A stretch of 45,438 nt of DNA from Chthonomonadales bacterium (GTDB taxonomy: Bacteria > Armatimonadota > Chthonomonadetes > Chthonomonadales > CAJBBX01): positions 1-45,438 of the forward strand of contig JBMFSQ010000028.1 in assembly GCA_049967475.1 (NCBI GenBank). The letters run 5' to 3'. A program made the position numbers and the translations under genes. The notes beneath the pieces are model-generated. The model made no database searches. It saw only the letters and a list, made by a program, of their open reading frames with translations, and was not told the origin of the DNA. Of this stretch, positions 34,007 to 43,694 are shown in pieces (position 1 is the first letter of the stretch; each line of letters starts with the position of its first letter).

Positions 34007-35296
34007 CTAAAGAGTAAACCATTCCTTCTGGAAGGTTATCTTCGCTCCGGATGTGACGGCATCCTGTATCTTGGCCGCAATCACATTGGCCGCATAGGCA
34101 TCTTCTGCCGTGGCCGCAGGGAGCTTGGCGCCCTTCGTATTGGCGATGAAGTTGCTTACAGCGTAGTACAGCGCGCTCTTGGTGATATCGGTTCCCACCT
34201 TGGCAGGTTCTTGACCGGCGGCGAGAAGCTTCGTGGCGTCGGCTACGAGGGCTACGCCGGTGCCTGTGCTATCTGAGCCCACGCCCATTTTGTCTTTGGT
34301 GGCGTACACTTCCCAGCCTAGGAGAGGGGCATCGCTTTCTTTGAACATCCATCCGCGCTGGTCCCTGATGAGGATGGCGCTGTCGGAGCCCATGAACACT
34401 TCCTGACTGCCGTCGAAGGAACTCACCAGGGTGGCATCGTACAGGAAGCGGATGCCGCCGGGATATTCGAGGATGCATTGGACCGTGTCGTCTACATCGC
34501 GGCCATCCTTGTTCCAAAAGTAGATGCCGCCGAAGGCCGTCACGGACACGGGGAGCGCCTTGAAATACCAGTTGGCCACATCGAAGGCGTGTACGCCCAC
34601 TTCACCCGGAAGCCCCAGGGACGTCGCCTTAAAGAGCCTCCAGTTTAATTCCTTCTCCCGATCGGGGGTGGGAGCCGCGAACCTCCAACTCGTCTTTTTG
34701 TGCCAGAAGGCGCGTGCTTCGGCCACCTTGCCCATGGCCTGGGAGCGAACAAAGTTCAGCACGTGGTTGTGCATCTTGTTCGAGCGGTTCTGAAGCCCGG
34801 GCTGGAAGACTGTTTTGGCGGCGGCGCCGGCCTGGGCGATGGCTTTGGCATCATCGAGGCTAGAGGCTAGGGGCGCTTCACAATATACGTGCTTTCCTGC
34901 CGCCAGGGCATCCAGTGCGATCTGTTTGTGAAGGTGCGAGGGCGTCGCCACAAATACGGCGCCTACCGCGGGGTTTGAGAGGGCCTGTTTGTAATCTGCC
35001 ACGAACGCTGCCTTGGGAGCGATATCTTGGGCCCGCTTTACAAAGCCCGGGGCGCTGTAGGTGTCGCAGATCACTTGTACCGTGGCGTTGGGAACCTTCG
35101 CCAAAACGGAGAGGATCTCCCGGCCCTGGGGCCCCAAGCCAATCACGGCACATCCAACGGGCGGGCCGGATTGTGCCGCCTGGAGGCTCTCCGAAGCCTC
35201 GGCATCGAGCTCTTCTACAAAGAGGCCCATTCCCAACGAGGCCGCAGCAGCAGTGAGCAGAAAATCACGGCGGTTCAAATTGAGGGATTGGTTCAT
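34007..35296 (-). CDS. Tat-exported Gfo/Idh/MocA oxidoreductase (EAP in place of EKP)
   Basis: 429 aa; NRRDFL signal; VIGLGPQG, ATPSHLH, HVYCEAP, LNWRL, GEVGVH. Confidence 0.9.
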   Translation of the reverse strand: MNQSLNLNRRDFLLTAAAASLGMGLFVEELDAEASESLQAAQSGPPVGCAVIGLGPQGREILSVLAKVPNATVQVICDTYSAPGFVKRAQDIAPKAAFVADYKQALSNPAVGAVFVATPSHLHKQIALDALAAGKHVYCEAPLASSLDDAKAIAQAGAAAKTVFQPGLQNRSNKMHNHVLNFVRSQAMGKVAEARAFWHKKTSWRFAAPTPDREKELNWRLFKATSLGLPGEVGVHAFDVANWYFKALPVSVTAFGGIYFWNKDGRDVDDTVQCILEYPGGIRFLYDATLVSSFDGSQEVFMGSDSAILIRDQRGWMFKESDAPLLGWEVYATKDKMGVGSDSTGTGVALVADATKLLAAGQEPAKVGTDITKSALYYAVSNFIANTKGAKLPAATAEDAYAANVIAAKIQDAVTSGAKITFQKEWFTL

Positions 35297-35596
35297 CGGT
35301 TATCCACACATGTGATAGATTGTCTGCAATCGGGCATGGTCCCGTTGCGGCGGGACGGCGCGGAGCCACGCCGGAACGCGCTTCCCATCTAGTATACTCG
35401 GAACAGAGCTTCAAACGTACCCGCTGGAGGCCGTCGCGTGTTCCGTCTATTAAGTGTCACATAAGGCGCGAAAGTTACACCCCGGGCGATGGTGCGCATC
35501 TATGGGTGCCGCAGGAAGAGTGCATCCCTCTCTTGAACCAACAACCCGAACGGTGGGTTTCCACTAAGCATGCCGAAGAGGCCGGAGGAGGACGCA

Positions 35597-37081
35597 ATGA
35601 ACGGGCAGACCATGGAATTGCACGCAGATCACGTAAACCTTCACGAGTTAGCACGGCGCGTGATGCTCGAGCGGGGACTGGAGCCGGAATTCCCCCCGGA
35701 AGTCCTCCGTCAAGTCGCCTCGCTCAGCGAGCCTGCCCGGGACGGCGACGGCGCGGTGCGCGATCTGAGAGGGCTCGCATGGTGCTCCATAGATAACGAT
35801 GATTCCCGGGATTTGGATCAGCTTACCGTGGCCCAGGATCTCGGCGGCGGGGATGTGCGCGTCTTGGTCGCTGTGGCCGATGTGGATGCCCTCGTTCGAC
35901 CGGGGTCCGCCGTTGACGACCATGCCCGAACGAATACCACGTCCGTTTACACGGCCGGCGGCATCTTCCCGATGCTTCCGGAGAAGCTGTCCACGGATCT
36001 GACCTCGCTCAACGAGGGAGAGGATCGTTTGGCCATCATCGTGGCCTATGTGGTGCGGACCGATGGTTCCGTATCCGAAGGAGAAGTCTATCGAGCGTGG
36101 GTGCGCAACAAGGCGAAGCTGGCGTACAATTCCGTAGCTGCCTGGCTGGATGGAAGCGGGCCCATACCTCCTGCCTTGGCTGCAGCAGCCGGAGTTCCCG
36201 AGCAACTCCGCTTGCAGGACGCCGTGGCGCAACGCCTTGCGGAACGGCGCCATGAGCACGGCGCCCTGACCTTGGAGACAATCGAAGCGAAGGTGGTTGC
36301 CGACGAGGGCCGGGTGGTTGATCTGCAAGTAGAGCCCAAGAACCGTGCCCACGAGATTATCGAAGACTTCATGATCGCGGCGAACGGCGTAACGACCCGC
36401 TATTTGGCCGAACGGAACTTTCCGACATTTCGCAGGGTCGTGCGAACGCCCGAGCGGTGGGATCGGATACGCCACCTGGCTTCAGAATTCGGTGAAGCGC
36501 TGCCGCCTGAGCCCAATGCGCCTGCCCTGGAGCGGTTCCTTTCTGCGCGGCGCCAGGCTGACCCGCTGCGCTTCCCGGATCTCTCCCTGGCGGTCATCAA
36601 GCTGCTGGGACCCGGCGAATACATGGTGAATGTGCCAGGCCAGCCGGGCATGGGCCATTTCGGGTTGGCCGTGCGTGATTATTCCCACTCCACCGCGCCT
36701 AACCGGCGATACCCGGATATCATCACTCAGAGATTGCTGAAGGCCGCCATGGCCGGCAGCCAGGTGCCCTACGCGCTCACCGACCTCGAGGATCTGGCCG
36801 CTCATTGCACCCGGCAGGAGGATGCGGCGAAGAAGGTGGAGCGGCAGGTAAGCAAATCGGCGGCTGCGGCACTCCTTTCGGACCGCATCGGCGAGCACTT
36901 TGACGCTCTGGTTACCGGAGTGACTTCCCGCGGGACTTGGGTGCGCGTGCTCCATCCTCCAGTGGAAGGGATGCTAGTTCAGGGAGCCCAGGGAGCGGAT
37001 GTGGGCGACCGTATCCACGTGCGGCTGGTTGCTGTGGATATCGAGCGAGGATACATAGACTTCGCGCGCGCCAAACCATAG
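35597..37081 (+). CDS. RNB-domain exoribonuclease (RNase II/R family, short form with C-terminal S1-like domain)
   Basis: 494 aa; SIDNDDSRDLDQ, VAVADVD, TTSVY, IIEDFMIAAN, HFGLA..YSHSTAPNRRYPD; GGAGGA RBS. Confidence 0.92.
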   Translation: MNGQTMELHADHVNLHELARRVMLERGLEPEFPPEVLRQVASLSEPARDGDGAVRDLRGLAWCSIDNDDSRDLDQLTVAQDLGGGDVRVLVAVADVDALVRPGSAVDDHARTNTTSVYTAGGIFPMLPEKLSTDLTSLNEGEDRLAIIVAYVVRTDGSVSEGEVYRAWVRNKAKLAYNSVAAWLDGSGPIPPALAAAAGVPEQLRLQDAVAQRLAERRHEHGALTLETIEAKVVADEGRVVDLQVEPKNRAHEIIEDFMIAANGVTTRYLAERNFPTFRRVVRTPERWDRIRHLASEFGEALPPEPNAPALERFLSARRQADPLRFPDLSLAVIKLLGPGEYMVNVPGQPGMGHFGLAVRDYSHSTAPNRRYPDIITQRLLKAAMAGSQVPYALTDLEDLAAHCTRQEDAAKKVERQVSKSAAAALLSDRIGEHFDALVTGVTSRGTWVRVLHPPVEGMLVQGAQGADVGDRIHVRLVAVDIERGYIDFARAKP

Positions 37082-37122
37082 AGGGTCGGTCTGCCTTCGC
37101 GCGGGGATGATTGCCGTGCAGG

Positions 37123-38337
37123 CTATCCCCATGCCGCCTGGATCTTGGCAATAGCCTGTGCGATATCATCCATGTCCTGCTGCTCGGCAAGAAGGAGGCT
37201 TTGAAAGATCCAGACCGTGTCTTGGCATGCCTGCTCGCATACCGGGCAATTCACTTCGGAATACGCTATCGGCCTTCCGGAACGGCACCACGCGCCGTGG
37301 CCCCGGCTCTTGCGCTGGAAGATCACCTCTTTGTAGAGCGGTACGTATCCCGCCGATGCCGGGATGCCTTCCGCGTTGAGGGCCTTCAGGAATGCGTCCC
37401 GGGGTCTCCCCCCGAAGGCTGCGGCGTCGTACCGCAGGATGAAAAGGTGGTACGCATGGCGTGTAACGCGGGGATCCGGCGAAGGCGGCGTGATGCCCGG
37501 GATGGCCGCTAAAAGCTTCGCCAGGTAGCCCGCATTCGCGCTGCGCCGGTCCATCTGTTCAGGCACCCGTTTGAGTTGCTCCAGGAGGATGGCGGCCTGC
37601 CACTCCGTCATCCTGAAGTTCCCACCTAGAACTTGGTGTTCATACCACCCGCCCGTGCGTGTGCGCCCGACGTTATGCACAGACCAGATCCGGTCTGCAA
37701 TCTCCTCGTCGTTCGTTAGGATGATGCCTCCTTCCCCGCAATTGAGGTTCTTGCTGGCCTGGAAGCTGAAGGTTCCGCAGTCGCCGAGCGCGCCGACCCT
37801 CCGTCCGTTCCATTCTGCACCGTGCGCCTGGGCAGCATCTTCAATTACATACAAGCCGTGCCGGCGGGCGATATCCAGGATCGCATCCATATCTGCCGGG
37901 CAACCCCCAATGTGGACTGGGATGATGGCTCGCGTGCGGTCTGTGATGGCGGCCTCAATCTGGGTGGGATCCAAATTAAGGCTCTTGGGCTCGATATCTA
38001 CGAAGACGGGCGTGGCGGATACTGCCAGGACGGAACTCGCCGTAGCAATGAACGTGTACGGCGGTACGATCACTTCGTCGCCGCATCCGATGCCGAGAGC
38101 CCGAAGTGCCACCTCCAATGCGGCGGTTCCATTGGTAACGCACACGGCATACCGGGCGTGCTGAAAACGGGCGAAGGCTTCTTCGAACTCCGGAACTTTG
38201 CGGCCTCCAACGGACCACCATTGGCCGCTGTGGAGTACGTCCAGTAGCGCGGCCTCCTCGTGTTGACTCCAAATCGGCCATGCCGGCCATGGCTTCGTCC
38301 GCACTTTTGGCCCGCCGTCTACAGCCAGGGTTGCCAT
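37123..38337 (-). CDS. DegT/DnrJ/EryC1/StrS PLP-dependent sugar aminotransferase
   Basis: 404 aa; NGTAAL, PPYTFIATA, EDAAQAHGA, FSFQASKNL..GEGG, GNFRM. Confidence 0.93.
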   Translation of the reverse strand: MATLAVDGGPKVRTKPWPAWPIWSQHEEAALLDVLHSGQWWSVGGRKVPEFEEAFARFQHARYAVCVTNGTAALEVALRALGIGCGDEVIVPPYTFIATASSVLAVSATPVFVDIEPKSLNLDPTQIEAAITDRTRAIIPVHIGGCPADMDAILDIARRHGLYVIEDAAQAHGAEWNGRRVGALGDCGTFSFQASKNLNCGEGGIILTNDEEIADRIWSVHNVGRTRTGGWYEHQVLGGNFRMTEWQAAILLEQLKRVPEQMDRRSANAGYLAKLLAAIPGITPPSPDPRVTRHAYHLFILRYDAAAFGGRPRDAFLKALNAEGIPASAGYVPLYKEVIFQRKSRGHGAWCRSGRPIAYSEVNCPVCEQACQDTVWIFQSLLLAEQQDMDDIAQAIAKIQAAWG

Positions 38338-38452
38338 CTGGGGTGTCCTCCCGGGTAACGGAATAGTCTATGCGCTCCTGCTGCTCCTTGGCAGCTACAG
38401 CATCAATCCGATGCCGATGGACGGAATTCCTCTTTGCAGGAAGGGAGGAACG

Positions 38453-39121
38453 TTAGGCAGGTTGAGAGTGGGGATGACGCATGCGCGCCTCGGCCAAGAT
38501 GCGCAGAACTTCCTCATCCTTCACCTGGCGAAAGTCCTCATACCAGACGCCTACGGCCCTAAAGTCACTTGGGGTGGCGAGGCATACAAAGCGGTCCACT
38601 TCACTTCGCATGGCGGCGAAGGTGTCGGGCGGACAAACGGGCACCGCAAGGATGAGGTTCTGGGGTGTCAATGTGCGCAGGTCGCGCACCGCCGCCCGAG
38701 CGGTGATGCCGGTAGCGAGGCCGTCATCTACCAGCACTACGGTTCGGTTTTGGAGGTTAAGAGGCGGCCGGTTCCGGCGATAGAGATTGATGCGGCGGCG
38801 AAGCTCGGCCAGGCTGCGTTGCACGGCTTGCTGTACTAGATCCTCCGGAATGTGCAGGATTTCGATCAGCCGGTGATCCAGCACGCAGGTGCCGCCCATG
38901 GCGACGGCGCCGATGCCTAGCTCTTCGTGGCCGGGGGCGCCGATCTTGCATGCCAGATATACATCCAATTCGGCATCGAGCGCCTTTGCCACCTCTGCTG
39001 CCACCACTACCCCTCCGCGCGGAAGACCCAGGATTATCGCTCCTTTCGAGCGGAGGTCCCGCAGCCGCTCCGCCAGCCGGCGTCCTGCATCTGTGCGATC
39101 TTCAAAGATCGGCCCGAACAT
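38453..39121 (-). CDS. Phosphoribosyltransferase family protein
   Basis: 222 aa from MFGPIFEDRTDAGRRLA; LGLPRGG, KIGAPGHEELGIGA, PRPP-binding VLVDDGLATG, AVGVWYEDF. Confidence 0.9.
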   Translation of the reverse strand: MFGPIFEDRTDAGRRLAERLRDLRSKGAIILGLPRGGVVVAAEVAKALDAELDVYLACKIGAPGHEELGIGAVAMGGTCVLDHRLIEILHIPEDLVQQAVQRSLAELRRRINLYRRNRPPLNLQNRTVVLVDDGLATGITARAAVRDLRTLTPQNLILAVPVCPPDTFAAMRSEVDRFVCLATPSDFRAVGVWYEDFRQVKDEEVLRILAEARMRHPHSQPA

Positions 39122-39223
39122 CGTGGCCTCTCCAAGCTGTTCTCCCGCATTAGGCCCTATGCGCGTTCCGGTATTCCATACGCAGCCGCGCGCATCGGGT
39201 TCCGGCGAAGGGGCGCAGGCGGG

Positions 39224-39229
39224 TATCCT
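39224..39229 (+). promoter_or_regulatory. -10 element for a probably leaderless ABC permease transcript
   Basis: TATCCT 6 nt upstream of ATG 39236; no SD. Confidence 0.4.
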
Positions 39230-39235
39230 CTTGCC

Positions 39236-40168
39236 ATGTGGCGCTATGTAGGTCATCGGCTGCTCTTGGCGGTTCCCACGCTGGTGGCGGTGTCGCTCAT
39301 CACCTTTCTGTTGGGGTACTTCGCCCCGGGCAGCCCGCTGGATATCATGGCAGGACAGCACGCAGATCCGGAGATCCGCAGGAGGCTGGCTCACGAGTAC
39401 GGGTTGGATCAACCTGCGTGGGCGCAATATGTCCGCTTCGTATGGGGAGCCCTCCATGGGGATCTGGGCCGTTCTTTCATGAATGCAGGGCGGCCGGTTA
39501 CGGCAATCATCGCCGAGCAGTTCCCGGTAACTGCGGAGCTTGCTTATATGGCGCTGGGGGTGGCGATCCTTGTGGGCATCCCCTTGGGTGTGGCGGCCGC
39601 ACTGAACCAGAATGGGCCGCTGGACCGCGCGACGATGGGTGGGGTACTTCTGCTGATCTCCTTGCCGGCTTTCGTCTTGGCGCCTGTGCTCATCTTGGTG
39701 TTTTGCCTGAAATGGCAACTGCTCCCCACCATGGGATGGGAAGGTCCTGCCTCTGCCGTTCTTCCTGTGGCAGTGCTGGCAGCGCGGCCGACCGCACTCC
39801 TCGCCCGCTTCATGCGCTCCTCTATGCTGGAGGTGATCCGGCAAGACTATATCCGCACGGCGTATGCCAAGGGGCTTCCACCCCACGTGGTCGTGCTCCG
39901 TCACGGCATGCGGAATGCCTTCCTTCCGATCCTTACCGTCATCGGCAACTCCTTCGGGTACCTCCTTTCGGGCTCCTTTGTTGTGGAGACGATCTTCAGT
40001 GTGCCGGGCATCGGATACGCCTCGGTGGATTCCATCCTGAAGCGGGATTATCCCGTGATCCAAGGTGTTGCGCTGCTGGTGGCGACTGTTTTCATTCTGG
40101 TGAACCTCGTGGTGGATCTGCTTTACGGCCTGCTGGATCCCCGCATCCGGTATGGGGAGGCGCGGTAG
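39236..40168 (+). CDS. Peptide/nickel ABC transporter permease (DppB/OppB-like)
   Basis: 310 aa; GLDQP..QY, GDLGRS, RSSMLEVIRQDYIRTAYAKGL, VVETIFSVPGIG, RDYPVIQG, DPRIR. Confidence 0.95.
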   Translation: MWRYVGHRLLLAVPTLVAVSLITFLLGYFAPGSPLDIMAGQHADPEIRRRLAHEYGLDQPAWAQYVRFVWGALHGDLGRSFMNAGRPVTAIIAEQFPVTAELAYMALGVAILVGIPLGVAAALNQNGPLDRATMGGVLLLISLPAFVLAPVLILVFCLKWQLLPTMGWEGPASAVLPVAVLAARPTALLARFMRSSMLEVIRQDYIRTAYAKGLPPHVVVLRHGMRNAFLPILTVIGNSFGYLLSGSFVVETIFSVPGIGYASVDSILKRDYPVIQGVALLVATVFILVNLVVDLLYGLLDPRIRYGEAR

Positions 40169-41023
40169 ATGACCGGTGGAGCATCGGGTTGGACGCGGAT
40201 ATTCCGCAGCCCGGTGACTGCAGCATCAGCGGGTGTGGTAACCCTGTTGGTGCTCACAGCGGTGTTTGCTCCCATTCTCGCGCCCTACGCCTATGATGCC
40301 CAGGATCGAAACCACGTTCTGGCGCCTCCCAGCCGCCGGCACCGGTTGGGCACGGACCATCTCGGCGAAGATGTGCTGAGCCGCATCCTCTACGGCGCGC
40401 GCGTGTCCCTCACCGTGGGGCTTGTGGTGGAGGCAATCGAGTTGGCTATCGGCGTGTCGCTAGGCCTTCTGGCGGGTTACAAGGGAGGCTGGCTGGACAC
40501 CATTCTGATGCGCATTACCGATGCGATGTTTGCCTTCCCCGATCTGCTCTTTGCCATCCTCCTGGTGGGGATTTGGCGACCTGCCACTCCAGCGGGCAGC
40601 TTTCTGATCGTCTTTATCGCGTTGGCTCTTGTGAACTGGCCTGGGATGGCGCGCCTCGTGCGCGGGCAGGCGCTGGCGCTTCGCGAGAAGGAATTCATCG
40701 AGGCGGCGCGGGCAGTGGGCGCTAGTGAGTGGGCGATTGTCACGCGGCACCTGCTGCCGAATATGCTCAGCCCCATCATCGTGGCAGTAACTGTGGATAT
40801 CGCCAATGTGATCCTGGCAGAGGCCACATTGAGCTTCTTGGGTATCGGCATCCAGCCGCCCTATCCAAGCTGGGGCCGAATGATCAACGATGCTCGGCCT
40901 TATCTCCTTTCGCATCCTGGGCTCATCTTGTGGCCGTCCATCGCCTTAGGCGCGACGGTGCTGGCGCTCAACTTTTTGGGTGACGGCTTGCGTGATGCCC
41001 TAGACCCGCGGTTTCGTGCGTAG
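40169..41023 (+). CDS. Peptide/nickel ABC transporter permease (DppC/OppC-like)
   Basis: 284 aa; LGTDHLGEDVLSR..YGARVSL, EFIEAARAVGA, HLLPN, EATLSFLGIG, GDGLRDALDPR. Confidence 0.95.
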   Translation: MTGGASGWTRIFRSPVTAASAGVVTLLVLTAVFAPILAPYAYDAQDRNHVLAPPSRRHRLGTDHLGEDVLSRILYGARVSLTVGLVVEAIELAIGVSLGLLAGYKGGWLDTILMRITDAMFAFPDLLFAILLVGIWRPATPAGSFLIVFIALALVNWPGMARLVRGQALALREKEFIEAARAVGASEWAIVTRHLLPNMLSPIIVAVTVDIANVILAEATLSFLGIGIQPPYPSWGRMINDARPYLLSHPGLILWPSIALGATVLALNFLGDGLRDALDPRFRA

Positions 41024-41141
41024 CAGGCGCCGATAGACAGAGGTGCGATGCGAATGGAGGGAACGGCCGGATGCCCGCGGCTCCAAGGATTCTGGCAGCC
41101 GTAGGTGCAATGATATCTAAGCACGGCAGGAAGGAGGCGGC

Positions 41142-43256
41142 GTGATGATCGGCTGCTGCGTCGCGCTGCTCGCCGCCGCTTTGGTTGGGCGAGCCGGCAT
41201 TCAGGAGGCGTCTGGATTGCATCTCTCATTCCAAACCGACAAGGATCTGACGCTCGTGCGCACGCACGACACGCGCGTAGAACGGGTAGTACTGCAGGAC
41301 GGGTCGTATGCGCTTCGAGTAGAGTTTCATCCCGCCGAGTGGCCCAACGTATGGTTCCAGCAAGCCGAGCCGTGGAATTGGTCCGGCGCCGGGGCGTTGG
41401 TTCTGGAGATGGCAAATCCATCCAAAGAGACGATCCATTTCGGAGTGAGGGTGGATGATGACGCGTCCGCCAACGGCATCGTGCATTGCCGCCAGGGTAG
41501 CGGAAGCATCGGCCCTGGCCAACACCGTGCGTTCGCCATGCCCTTGGGCAGGGATCCCATGTCTGTGGGGATGCGGGGGTTGCCTCCCAATGTCCCGGGG
41601 GCTGAGAACCTTGGAGGAAGCGGCGCCCTGGACCTATCCCACATCGTGGCGTTTCAGGTGTTCCTGCACCGGCCTGAAGCCCCCAAGACCCTTCTCATCA
41701 CCAGCATTCGTTTGGCGGAAGGCGTTGCGACGCTGGAGGGTATTGTGGACCGCTTTGGGCAATATGCCAAGGCGGATTGGCCTGGGAAGGTTCACAGCGA
41801 GGCCGAGCTTAGGGACCGCATCCGAACCGAGGAACGGGATCTCGCAAGGCATCCGGCTCCCTCGGACCGCGACGAGTATGGCGGATGGGCGCACGGGCCC
41901 TCCTTGAAGGCAACCGGCTTTTTCCGAACGGAGCGCGTGGACGGCAGATGGTGGCTCGTAACCCCGAATGGGCATCTTTTCTTCTCCCTGGGCGTGGATT
42001 GCGTTGGAACGTCGGCGGACACCATCACGACGGGCCGGGAAGGAATGTTCACATGGCTTCCCCCTAAATCCGGTGAATTCAGGCCATGCTGGGGGTATGT
42101 GGACGGCGTCCACTCAGGCCCGGTGAAGCGGGGGGACACGTTTAACTTCTTCAGGGCAAATCTCATCCGGCAATTCGGTGAAGACTATGCCGGGTCGTAC
42201 TTCCCATTGGTTCTCAAGCGCCTGCGTTCTTGGGGCTTCAACACCATCGGCAATTGGTCGGACCAGGCGCTCTACGGCAACGGGCATGTGCCCTACGTCG
42301 GCACCGTCCATATAGGGGGCCACCACGCACGCGTTGCAAGCGGCAGCGACTACTGGGGCACCATGCACGATCCCTTCGATCCACAGTTCGCCCACGATGT
42401 GCGCGAAAGCCTTGCGCCGGTAACCCGACTGATCGGCGAGGACCCTTGGTGCGTGGGCTACTTCGTGGACAACGAACTAAGCTGGGGTGGAGGAGGCGAC
42501 GAAGGGCGATATGGGCTGGCGCTGGGAGCGCTCTCGCTTGCGGCGGACGCCTCACCGGCCAAGCGAGCCATCTTGACGATGCTCCGCGAGCAGTACCCGG
42601 ATGTGGCCGCACTCAATGCCGCGTGGTCCACGCATTTCACCGGGTGGGCGGAAATGGAAGCCCCGGTGCGCTTGCATGCGCCGTTCAGCGAGGCTCAGAA
42701 GAGGGACCTCGGCGCCTTTGTGAAGCGCTTTGCCCGACAGTATTTCCGCGTGGTGCGTGACGAGCTGAAGCGACAGGCGCCCCATCACCTTTACTTGGGG
42801 TGCCGCTTCGCCTGGTACACACCGGAAAGCGTGGAAGCATCCGCCGAATATTGCGACGTCGTCAGCTTCAACATCTACCAACCCAAGCCCGATGGGGCGC
42901 AATGGAACTTCCTCAAACATTTGGGCAAGCCGGTGATGATTGGAGAATTCCATTTCGGCGCCCTGGATCGAGGAATGTTTCACACAGGGCTCGTTGCAGC
43001 CGAGAACCAGCAACAGCGGGCTGCAATGTACGAACAGTACGTGAAGACCGTGGCGCAGAACCCGGCTTTCGTAGGCTGCCACTGGTTCCAATTTGTGGAT
43101 GAGCCGCTCACAGGACGCGCCTGGGATGGGGAGAACTACAACATCGGTTTCCTTACGGTAACCGACACGCCTTATCCCGAACTCGTGGAAGCCGCCCGGC
43201 GCGTGCATCGAACGATCTACACCCTGCGCTATGGGCGGCCCACCGCGGCAAGGTAA
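41142..43256 (+). CDS. GH50 (beta-agarase-like) glycoside hydrolase with N-terminal CBM-like domain
   Basis: 704 aa; signal peptide; VDRFGQY..DWPGK, ATGFFRTE..WWLVTPNG, WGFNTIGNWS, VDNELSWG, IGEFHFGALDRG, GCHWFQFVDEP.TGR..DGENYNIG. Confidence 0.88.
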   Translation: MMIGCCVALLAAALVGRAGIQEASGLHLSFQTDKDLTLVRTHDTRVERVVLQDGSYALRVEFHPAEWPNVWFQQAEPWNWSGAGALVLEMANPSKETIHFGVRVDDDASANGIVHCRQGSGSIGPGQHRAFAMPLGRDPMSVGMRGLPPNVPGAENLGGSGALDLSHIVAFQVFLHRPEAPKTLLITSIRLAEGVATLEGIVDRFGQYAKADWPGKVHSEAELRDRIRTEERDLARHPAPSDRDEYGGWAHGPSLKATGFFRTERVDGRWWLVTPNGHLFFSLGVDCVGTSADTITTGREGMFTWLPPKSGEFRPCWGYVDGVHSGPVKRGDTFNFFRANLIRQFGEDYAGSYFPLVLKRLRSWGFNTIGNWSDQALYGNGHVPYVGTVHIGGHHARVASGSDYWGTMHDPFDPQFAHDVRESLAPVTRLIGEDPWCVGYFVDNELSWGGGGDEGRYGLALGALSLAADASPAKRAILTMLREQYPDVAALNAAWSTHFTGWAEMEAPVRLHAPFSEAQKRDLGAFVKRFARQYFRVVRDELKRQAPHHLYLGCRFAWYTPESVEASAEYCDVVSFNIYQPKPDGAQWNFLKHLGKPVMIGEFHFGALDRGMFHTGLVAAENQQQRAAMYEQYVKTVAQNPAFVGCHWFQFVDEPLTGRAWDGENYNIGFLTVTDTPYPELVEAARRVHRTIYTLRYGRPTAAR

Positions 43257-43322
43257 GCGCATAGGGTCGAATGATCATTCGCCCGTACTACGGTCCTGCC
43301 CATGACTGGATAGAGCACACCT

Positions 43323-43598
43323 ATGAGAGAACGGCTTCACATGGTGGTAAGCGGACACGTACAGGGTGTGTCCTTCCGGTATTACACCCAACAGCGGGCG
43401 CAAGCCTTGGGATTGGACGGGTGGGTGCGCAACCTTCCGGACGGCTCGGTGGAGATTGTAGCCGAAGGGGATACGGCGCGCTTGGTAGAGCTGGCTCAAT
43501 GGGCGCGCAAAGGGCCTCCATCAGCCCGCGTCATGGATGTGCGCACAGAATTTCTGCCCGCTGCCAACGATGTGCACGGCTTTCGCATTGCTTACTGA
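43323..43598 (+). CDS. acyP: Acylphosphatase
   Basis: 91 aa; VSGHVQGVSFR, GWVRNLPDGSVE, GPPSARV. Confidence 0.95.
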   Translation: MRERLHMVVSGHVQGVSFRYYTQQRAQALGLDGWVRNLPDGSVEIVAEGDTARLVELAQWARKGPPSARVMDVRTEFLPAANDVHGFRIAY

Positions 43599-43694
43599 CG
43601 GCGTTGACCCGAGCTTCTGCAAGACGCGGAACGGCTCCTGTGGCGCGGGCAACCCGGGGGCGATGGGCTCATCAGTATCGGACGGGAGAAGAGT

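Noticed and set aside
39122..40063. Long N-terminal extensions in the ORF track (PRTase to 40063; also 24583, 12269, 17783, 26424)
   Set aside because: They overlap neighbouring real genes or lack homology cues; downstream ATGs with RBS and family-typical N-termini fit better
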